NCBI GenBank assembly: GCA_052034485.1
Contig: JBPOIM010000029.1
Location: 1 to 54,163 of the forward strand
Direction of reading: 5' to 3'
Origin: Candidatus Anderseniibacteriota bacterium
GTDB lineage: Bacteria > Patescibacteriota > Andersenbacteria > UBA10190
Length of the DNA: 54,163 nt
Position 1 is the first letter of the stretch; every line of letters starts with the position of its first letter. Positions 35,430-44,557 of this stretch are shown here, piece by piece. A program made the translations under genes and the position numbers. The notes beneath the pieces are model-generated. The model saw only the letters and a program-made list of their open reading frames with translations, had not been told where the DNA came from and did not search any database.

Positions 35430-36341
35430 TTATAGGCTTTCTGCAAACGCCTTCAGGGCAAGGTAATTTTGGGTTACATCTTGCTTTGGTTCTGGTACGG
35501 CATATACATCGTCCCTATCCGTAAATAGCGTAAGAAAGTCAATAAAGCCTTCTTTTGTGGGGAAGGTTTCTTGGGCAAAGTCCTCATCGGTTATGCCATC
35601 GTGAGAATCGGTACCGTTGTATGGCGGAGTAATCACGTTTAAGTGAATGAGTCGTGTTGCCGGTGCGGTGCGGCGAGAAAAATCCATTGCCTTCTCCCAC
35701 GCAGTGCTTGGATCTTCTCCGTCTACAAGAAGCTGCGTTCCCAAATGAGAAATATCGTTTGCGAGAAAGTTTCCCTGTGCCTGCAGCAGCTCCATGCTTG
35801 CAAGTGTTGTATTGCCTGGGTTGTATACCTGCTCGCGCATGTCGCTTTGCACGGCTTCGCGTGCGGTAATAGACTCAAATGTTAACGTTACGTTTTTCTC
35901 GATTGCGTATTGGTGCAGTTCTGCAGCTGCCGCAAGGAGTAAATCGCGCGACTGCTCTGCGGGGGTCAGCTCGTCATCAAGCATGGTTTGCTTCCAGTTG
36001 GTAAAGTCGATTGTTTCCAGCGCCTGCGCACCAGGATGAACGTTCACGTATACGCAGCCAATGTCTGCGCCAATGTCTATTGTTTTCTTTACCTGCGCGA
36101 TTGTTTCGTTGCGTATGTGCTCGTTGTTGGTAGCGAGGTTTGTCTTTTTGTTTCCATCAATAACTCCCCAATGGTGCAGCCCCATACCAACACCGTGCTT
36201 CCCCAGCCACGCGAGCATGTCTTTGTATTCTTCGTGCTGAGTTACGTTAAACCACACTTCGCACATAGCTGCGCCAAGCTCTGTAACAATGCGTTGTCCT
36301 TCTTCAAAATTCTTCGGGCCCGTTTTAAATCCGAGGATCAT
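35430..36341 (-). CDS. Xylose-isomerase-like TIM-barrel protein (sugar phosphate isomerase/epimerase / AP-endonuclease-2 fold)
   Basis: 303 aa with the H...E...D/H...E metal-ligand pattern typical of the fold (LHHWG, VNVHPG, TFESI, IHLN). Specific function unknown. Confidence 0.55.
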   Translation of the reverse strand: MILGFKTGPKNFEEGQRIVTELGAAMCEVWFNVTQHEEYKDMLAWLGKHGVGMGLHHWGVIDGNKKTNLATNNEHIRNETIAQVKKTIDIGADIGCVYVNVHPGAQALETIDFTNWKQTMLDDELTPAEQSRDLLLAAAAELHQYAIEKNVTLTFESITAREAVQSDMREQVYNPGNTTLASMELLQAQGNFLANDISHLGTQLLVDGEDPSTAWEKAMDFSRRTAPATRLIHLNVITPPYNGTDSHDGITDEDFAQETFPTKEGFIDFLTLFTDRDDVYAVPEPKQDVTQNYLALKAFAESL

Positions 36342-36757
36342 AGGTATACAATCTTTGATAAATCTCCGTTAATAATAATTGGCTGAACGGCTTCTATCTC
36401 CGTTTTGTAATACGGAATATCCGGAATTGGATTATACAGAAAAATCTTTTGGTTCAATACATGGGCAAACCCTATTTCCATAAGCGTGTTTCCGCCAATG
36501 TAGTTTTTAATTCCGTTCTTGTCGAGATTCAATACAAGCACCGCATCCCCGCCCTGCATGGCGTTCCAAAATTCTCGAATCGCATCCATGTTGTTTTTCT
36601 GGTGGATTTTAATAACTTCTTTTTCTTCATCTGTCTTCCCGATGAATGCTTTATGCAAATCGGTAACATATGCCTCATGCCCCATTGCCTGTAAGGCATC
36701 GCGCACCTCAAGCATCCGTTCCGTATATTGCATGCTGCCAATAATTCCGATTTTCAT
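36338..36757 (-). CDS. Nucleoside 2-deoxyribosyltransferase-like protein
   Basis: MKIGIIGSM... flavodoxin-like start and a GGNTLMEIGFAH segment (conserved Glu). 139 aa, ATGA overlap with the TIM-barrel gene. Confidence 0.5.
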   Translation of the reverse strand: MKIGIIGSMQYTERMLEVRDALQAMGHEAYVTDLHKAFIGKTDEEKEVIKIHQKNNMDAIREFWNAMQGGDAVLVLNLDKNGIKNYIGGNTLMEIGFAHVLNQKIFLYNPIPDIPYYKTEIEAVQPIIINGDLSKIVYL

Positions 36758-36759
36758 AA

Positions 36760-37596
36760 TTACGATTCTTCTAAAATAATTCTTTTTTGAAACCGGCCGC
36801 GTTTTTGTGCCTTTTGTTCCTTTATGCGGTTTATTTCTTCTTTATCAAATTTTTTATGGTCTGCAATGGCACCCAGAACTTCCAGTATATCAGCTATTTC
36901 TTCTTCGTCTTCCGTTTCCATAAATTCTTCCACTTCTTCGTGCAGTTTTTCTTTCAGCTTCTGCCAGTATTCATCTTCTTTTGCGCGGTGAATAATTGGC
37001 ACGCCACCTTGGGAGCGAATGTATTCAGGAATGTTGTCGCGCACTAGCTTGTTGTACGTGGTGGTTGTTTTTGCATCTACTTCGCGAATGTCTTTTCCTA
37101 AGCGCTTGAGGCAAATATCGCGGAAGTAAATTGCACCCAAGCGGCGGAGTGCTTCTATGCTTATTCCCTTTGCATACGCATACTCCTTGAGCCTTGTATC
37201 AAACTCGGGGAAGAATTTTAGCTCGTGCTCAAAATAGTAAAAGGCAGATTCTTGAATATCGTACGCCGTGTCCATATCCAAATTCTCGTTACAGAAAAAC
37301 AGCATCTCATGTTGGTGCTCGTCGATATATGCCTTCAGCTCGCTTTCTTCTAAAATGCTCCAGCCCTCTTTGGTAAGCGCCACCGGAGAGAACGACTTTG
37401 TATACCCAGACATTTTCCCTTCCAGCGCAGAAAACCGTTCCCGGACATTTTTTAGGTCGGGTTTAATTTCTTTCTCTACCGTTTTTTCGAGCGCATCGAG
37501 CGTTTGGAGTTTCCGGCCAATATATAGCAGTACCCCAACGATTGTTGGAATTCCGATAGATACAACAACACGGTTTAAAAAGGTAATACCGTCCAT
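36760..37596 (-). CDS. Membrane-anchored unknown domain fused to a MazG-like (PRA-PH type) NTP pyrophosphohydrolase domain
   Basis: The C-terminal 100 aa read YNKLVRDNIPEYI...KLHEEVEEFMETEDEEEIADILEV...KRGRF (MazG-like EExxE). The N-terminal ~175 aa have one TM (VVVSIGIPTIVGVLLYIG) plus a helical domain I do not recognise. Confidence 0.6.
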   Translation of the reverse strand: MDGITFLNRVVVSIGIPTIVGVLLYIGRKLQTLDALEKTVEKEIKPDLKNVRERFSALEGKMSGYTKSFSPVALTKEGWSILEESELKAYIDEHQHEMLFFCNENLDMDTAYDIQESAFYYFEHELKFFPEFDTRLKEYAYAKGISIEALRRLGAIYFRDICLKRLGKDIREVDAKTTTTYNKLVRDNIPEYIRSQGGVPIIHRAKEDEYWQKLKEKLHEEVEEFMETEDEEEIADILEVLGAIADHKKFDKEEINRIKEQKAQKRGRFQKRIILEES

Positions 37597-37655
37597 ACGT
37601 ATCAAGTATATCCCATATTTTTAGTTGACGTAATGTTTTTGTTCGTGTCTAGCAG

Positions 37656-38120
37656 CTACAGAGTTTCGGCTTCATGAAGCTGTTGTTCTACAATTTCCTC
37701 CGCTTCGTTAAACACAAACCTGCCGGTAAATTTCTTTCCGGCCAAAAACAGCGGAAACCAATACTGATCATCTGGCCACATAGAAGCATACGGAATATCG
37801 GAGATGGCAAACCATTTGGGTTCCATCTCTTCACTTTCAGTTGGCTCCCCAGTAAAGCTGGTCGATGAAAATATATGTACCTGCCATATTTGCTCCTCGC
37901 CGGGTAATACAAAATCAATAACGCCTACTTTGTTTATATCGGAAACGGTAATACTCGCCTCTTCCAACACTTCCCGCCTTGCTGCATCTTCAATATTCTC
38001 GCCTGCTTCTACCTTTCCGCCAAACCCGTTCCACTTCCCCATACCCTTCCCGCGCTTCGCCTTACCGAGCAGTATCTGCTCGGCATTTGTAATCAAACAC
38101 AGTGTAAGAAGCTTGTTCAT
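37656..38120 (-). CDS. NUDIX hydrolase (MutT-like)
   Basis: Nudix box GGKVEAGENIEDAARREVLEEASI. 154 aa. Confidence 0.85.
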   Translation of the reverse strand: MNKLLTLCLITNAEQILLGKAKRGKGMGKWNGFGGKVEAGENIEDAARREVLEEASITVSDINKVGVIDFVLPGEEQIWQVHIFSSTSFTGEPTESEEMEPKWFAISDIPYASMWPDDQYWFPLFLAGKKFTGRFVFNEAEEIVEQQLHEAETL

Positions 38121-38455
38121 AGCGCGTCTTTGAAAAAGTATCGCATGTTCTCTTCAAACGTATTTCGAATCGTCGCATCTTCAATATAGTTGCTCGTGTT
38201 GCCATCGAGTGGGCGAATGTTGATCATCGATGTAAACGTAATTTCTTTGGTATCGAGAATAATTCCACCACCCCATACGGCATGTTCATCCGACCCTTGT
38301 TCTACTAATACATCTTTTGATTGCCGATGCACCTTCGCTCCTGCCGAGCAAATCTTCTTCTCCAAATCAATCACCGCTTTTATATACGGCCCATGCGCTT
38401 CCTGTAGCTTCTCAATTTCCTCCGTCGTAAATGGCTCGGTCTTGGTGATAATCAT
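38117..38455 (-). CDS. DUF5674-like hypothetical protein
   Basis: 112 aa from ATG 38455 (MIITKTEPFTTEEIEKLQEAHGPYIKAVIDLEKKICSAGAKVH...). ATGA overlap with the NUDIX gene. The family name is from memory and tentative. Confidence 0.45.
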   Translation of the reverse strand: MIITKTEPFTTEEIEKLQEAHGPYIKAVIDLEKKICSAGAKVHRQSKDVLVEQGSDEHAVWGGGIILDTKEITFTSMINIRPLDGNTSNYIEDATIRNTFEENMRYFFKDAL

Positions 38456-38502
38456 AGGTGTTCTATGAGTATACCTCTCTTTGAGTTTAAAATCCGTAGA
38501 TA

Positions 38503-38531
38503 TTGACAAATATATAGAATAGGAGTATAAT
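38503..38531 (+). promoter_or_regulatory. Perfect-consensus promoter TTGACA-17-TATAAT; left arm of a 29-nt inverted repeat
   Basis: TTGACAAATATATAGAATAGGAGTATAAT. It is 27/29 identical to the reverse complement of 39410..39438. Confidence 0.75.
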
Positions 38532-38613
38532 AGTACAAGTACAGTTGATCTTGAACATTTTAGTCCCAAAAGGCCTTGGCAGCCTAGAAATCGCCTATAG
38601 GAGAAGGTTTACG

Positions 38614-38922
38614 ATGAAAAGCTTGAAAAAGAACTTCGGGGCACTGGTCGCTATGTTGTCGGTAATTGTGGTGGTTGCCATTGGAAGCAACTACATCAGT
38701 GCGAAACCGGAGGTTTTCGCCCAAGAAGTGGCGAAGACTCCTGATGCTGAGAGGGTGAAAATTTTTCACTTTCCTGCTTCATATACCTGGGAGCACAATG
38801 ACCCGAACCCGGTTATCAATGACTGGTTGAGCAAGAATAGGGTGAAGGTTACCCACATTGCGCAATCGACGTACGGATCCAATGGAGAAACATACCTGAC
38901 TGTGTTCTACGTTTCTCGGTAG
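38614..38922 (+). CDS. Orphan small secreted or N-terminally anchored protein (102 aa)
   Basis: SD AGGAGAAGG at 38599..38607, ATG 38614. N-terminus MKSLKKNFGALVAMLSVIVVVAIGSNYISA, then a ~70-aa soluble domain. It has its own promoter and terminator and is the only plus-strand gene between 21.3 kb and the window end. Confidence 0.7.
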   Translation: MKSLKKNFGALVAMLSVIVVVAIGSNYISAKPEVFAQEVAKTPDAERVKIFHFPASYTWEHNDPNPVINDWLSKNRVKVTHIAQSTYGSNGETYLTVFYVSR

Positions 38923-38944
38923 TGAGTGAGCCCAAGGCTCAACA

Positions 38945-38980
38945 ACCCCTCAAAGGCAATCGCCGGCGAGGGGTATTTTT
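38945..38980 (+). terminator. Rho-independent terminator
   Basis: Stem ACCCCTC (38945..38951) / GAGGGGT (38968..38974), then ATTTTT. Confidence 0.75.
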
Positions 38981-39004
38981 ATATCTTCTGTAAAATTTTC
39001 GTAT

Positions 39005-39036
39005 AGAAAAACTCCCACAGAATGTTCTGTGGGAGT
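39005..39036 (-). terminator. Rho-independent terminator (minus sense)
   Basis: Perfect palindrome ACTCCCACAGAA/TTCTGTGGGAGT (39011..39036). On the minus strand it is followed by TTTTC. Confidence 0.8.
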
Positions 39037-39076
39037 TGTGAAAGTCTAATCCTCTGATGATTGGCGAATCTCGGAT

Positions 39077-39349
39077 TTAGTTTGAGAACAATGAGAAGTG
39101 GTAAATGAGCGCTCGTTCTTGGCCCAGTTCTGCAAACTCGACATTGGGATCCTTGCAGACAAGGACGTCGTACTGGCCAATACCGAACTTGGAATCACCA
39201 TATGCGCGAGCTATATCTACTTGAAACTCGCTCCAGACCAGCAGGATTTTCTTGATGACTTTTTTTGCGGAAGCAATGGTGCCGACGGCGCCGGCATTTC
39301 TCCATTTTCTCCAGAATCGTTGATCGCCAACTTTGCTGTGGTTGCTCAT
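39077..39349 (-). CDS. Orphan small protein (90 aa, basic N-terminus)
   Basis: SD AAGGAG sits 10 nt before ATG 39349. Sequence MSNHSKVGDQRFWRKWRNAGAVG.... It has its own promoter and terminator. No motif recognised. Confidence 0.65.
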   Translation of the reverse strand: MSNHSKVGDQRFWRKWRNAGAVGTIASAKKVIKKILLVWSEFQVDIARAYGDSKFGIGQYDVLVCKDPNVEFAELGQERALIYHFSLFSN

Positions 39350-39409
39350 GGCAAAAGGTCTCCTTGCCTGTATTTTGGGTAATAGAATGTACTTGGCACT
39401 ACTTATATA

Positions 39410-39438
39410 ATTGTACTCCTATTCTGTATATTTGTCAA
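39410..39438 (-). promoter_or_regulatory. Near-consensus promoter TTGACA-17-TACAAT; right arm of the 29-nt inverted repeat
   Basis: The minus strand reads TTGACAAATATACAGAATAGGAGTACAAT. It starts 8 nt after the secA stop codon and is followed 5 nt later by AAGTAGTGC. Confidence 0.7.
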
Positions 39439-39446
39439 GTTCTTGG

Positions 39447-42086
<2,640 letters not shown>

Positions 42087-42091
42087 AGAAC

Positions 42092-42397
42092 CTATTTGTG
42101 ATCCTTTCGACGATCGTGGCTTGAGAGAAGTTCTGATTTAAGTGCGGCAATAGAAGCATCAATTGCATTTTGAACAGTCGAGTTGCTTCGTTCTGCGCGA
42201 AATACTTTTTTGCCTTGCTCGATGAGAATGGTACAGCGAATAACATCTCCGCTGGTGTGGTGGGTGTCATGAGAAATGGTTACGTCTGTAACGTACGGCA
42301 TCATGACATGCTTTTCCAAGCGGTTGAGCTTTTCTTCAAGCTGTTCCCGGTCTGTATCGCTAAGGGTAATATGTTCTAGTCGAAGTGAATGTTTCAT
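42092..42397 (-). CDS. hpf: Ribosome hibernation promoting factor (short HPF/RaiA family)
   Basis: 101 aa with the typical beta-alpha-beta-beta-beta-alpha pattern (...LEEKLNRLEKH...AIDASIAALKSEL). Confidence 0.75.
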   Translation of the reverse strand: MKHSLRLEHITLSDTDREQLEEKLNRLEKHVMMPYVTDVTISHDTHHTSGDVIRCTILIEQGKKVFRAERSNSTVQNAIDASIAALKSELLSSHDRRKDHK

Positions 42398-43533
42398 AGG
42401 GTGTTAGTTGTAGTATTCCTTACTTGGAGCAGATATTCAACCTCATGTGAAATGGCCTGGCGGAAGGATTCCGTGGAGAAATTCATGGCCTGCTTTTGAA
42501 GGTTGCCAGCATGAAATGCCATCTCGATCCGCATAAATTGCCGAATTGCCTCCGCGAGCAGCTCCGGGAGGGCATCGTCGTACAGTATTCCATGAACCCC
42601 ACGGCGAACAATCTCCAAAACACCACCTTTTCCAAGCGCAATCACCGGAGTGCCGCACGCAAGGGCCTCTACCGCAGCGATGCCAAAGTCCTCTACGCCC
42701 GGTTGGATGTATGCGCGGGCACCGCGGTATAAATCTCGGAGGGTTTCCCTATCTACCTTCCCGAGAAACTCCGTATGCTTGCCCGCTATCTTTCGTAGGC
42801 GCGCTTCGTCTGCTCCGGTGCCTGCAATCTTCAAATGTAGTCCGAGTTTTTCTGCAACTTCAATTGCTTGGTCAAACTTTTTCTCGCGCGTGAGCCTGCC
42901 TACAAGGAGGAAATAATTTTGCTTTTGTTTGAACGTGTGATTTGGGGTAAAAAAATGCGTGTCTACTGGCGGATACACTACAGCACTTTTCTTTCGGTAG
43001 TATCGTTCAACACGAAGTTTTGTGTACAGCGAATTTGAAATATATGCATCGGGCCGCTGCGCAAATGCAAAATCTACCATGCGAAGGTAATGAAATAGTA
43101 TGCGCAATATAATAGACAGCCGCTTATTATTTTTCAGCACTGCATGAGAAGAATCCCACAAATACCGATTGGGCGTATGGCAGTAGCACAAGTGCGGCAC
43201 GTGCGAGCGAGTAATAACTCCCTTTGCAAACCCAGATGCACTACTGATAACAATATCGTATGACGATAAATCAAATTCCTCTGCTGCCTGCGGCAAAAAT
43301 GGCAACAGTCTGCCAGGACGTTTGCGCATCCATGCGGGAAACTTTTGGAGAGAAGATGTGCGGATGGTATATGTCTTGCCGTTGAGCGTCATTTTGGGGG
43401 TATTGCCCGCATATAGCGCATACACGTCTGCCTGGGGATACATACGCAACAGTTCCTCGAGTACCATTTCCGCCCCTCCTCGTCTGGTCAGCTCATCGTG
43501 GACTAGTGCAACTTTCAAATCTGTGGACATCAT
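42394..43533 (-). CDS. Glycosyltransferase family 4 (GT-B, group 1)
   Basis: C-terminal half reads ..GRLTREKKFD..., E(x7)E region PGVEDFGIAAVEALACGTPVI. Confidence 0.85.
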   Translation of the reverse strand: MMSTDLKVALVHDELTRRGGAEMVLEELLRMYPQADVYALYAGNTPKMTLNGKTYTIRTSSLQKFPAWMRKRPGRLLPFLPQAAEEFDLSSYDIVISSASGFAKGVITRSHVPHLCYCHTPNRYLWDSSHAVLKNNKRLSIILRILFHYLRMVDFAFAQRPDAYISNSLYTKLRVERYYRKKSAVVYPPVDTHFFTPNHTFKQKQNYFLLVGRLTREKKFDQAIEVAEKLGLHLKIAGTGADEARLRKIAGKHTEFLGKVDRETLRDLYRGARAYIQPGVEDFGIAAVEALACGTPVIALGKGGVLEIVRRGVHGILYDDALPELLAEAIRQFMRIEMAFHAGNLQKQAMNFSTESFRQAISHEVEYLLQVRNTTTNTL

Positions 43534-43573
43534 ACAAGCCTATCCTGGCTTTGAAATAGGTGCAATTGTGCAT

Positions 43574-43606
43574 AAAAAAGCGCTGCGGATGGTGTTTCCG
43601 CAGCGT
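43574..43606 (-). terminator. Rho-independent terminator (minus sense)
   Basis: Minus strand: CGCTGCGGA-7 nt loop-TCCGCAGCG, followed by CTTTTTT. Confidence 0.8.
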
Positions 43607-43629
43607 CTAAGTGTTTGGAAAGGAGATTC

Positions 43630-44466
43630 CTAGCCTCCTTCCCTCCGAACAATGGAATGAAACGTTGCAAGCCCAACGAGTAACACAAGCATTTGCATGG
43701 TTGTGTCTACGTTATGGTCATACAGATCAAGTCCGTGTTGAGTTCGACGATTCGTCATTGATCCAAGCATGGTGGAAGTCCCTGGAACATGGAAGTGAAT
43801 ACAGCACGGGCCGCGGATCTCCCCTCGGAGCTCGTGGTATTCTAATCCATCCAGCCTGTCTCTTCCGTGGATGTGAAGCCATGCGTTGGTCATATGTTCC
43901 GTGACTTCTGGAATCTTGAAGCAATGAGAGTTATTTTCGCCTTGTACCCTGCTTTCTATCCACGAGCACGCAAACGATGAGAGTCCGGCAAAGATTCCAT
44001 GACGAGCAATGTTTTCTTCTCTGCTCACGTCGAGGGTCACTTCAAGTAGCTGACTCTCGAAACAATCGCTAGGCGTTTCCGAAACACCGCTGATGCATCG
44101 CAAAAGCCATGCAATGGATGCGATAATTTCGGCACCTCTTTTGTGGGAGTCATTTGAGTTTTCGGTAGCCTCGTTCCAAAGTTGCGGTATTTTGCAAAGA
44201 ACGCGCTTGCAATTTGGGATTTGGAAATCTCGATCAAGTTCAAGCACCGGTCCAAACCCCCATGGCAATGAGCCGGGCGCAATAAATGGGCCTATTCTTA
44301 GTGGATACCCGTACATTGCTTCTCCATTTGCATGAACGAGTAGTTGCTGGGCCTTTTCCCAAGTGCTACTTGGGGTAATTATCCCAATAGTTTTGCCTCC
44401 CTCCAGGGGCTCTAGTCGATAACGAAGTGGCATGGAAGCCTGCGCTGTAACCTTGAAACCAGGCAT
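43630..44466 (-). CDS. Orphan hypothetical protein (278 aa, Cys/His-rich C-terminal half)
   Basis: Strong SD GGAAGAGGTGAT sits 4 nt before ATG 44466 (the ORF-track start 44514 is TTG). Two HxH motifs (HIHGRD, IHFHVPG) and a hydrophobic C-terminal tail. It has its own terminator. Confidence 0.65.
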   Translation of the reverse strand: MPGFKVTAQASMPLRYRLEPLEGGKTIGIITPSSTWEKAQQLLVHANGEAMYGYPLRIGPFIAPGSLPWGFGPVLELDRDFQIPNCKRVLCKIPQLWNEATENSNDSHKRGAEIIASIAWLLRCISGVSETPSDCFESQLLEVTLDVSREENIARHGIFAGLSSFACSWIESRVQGENNSHCFKIPEVTEHMTNAWLHIHGRDRLDGLEYHELRGEIRGPCCIHFHVPGTSTMLGSMTNRRTQHGLDLYDHNVDTTMQMLVLLVGLATFHSIVRREGG

Positions 44467-44557
44467 TGAAATCACCTCTTCCTTGTTGGTCGGAATGTGT
44501 TTGAAAGTGTGCAATCAGAAAACGGCCTCTAAGCGTATATGATTTTTTGGGAAATTG

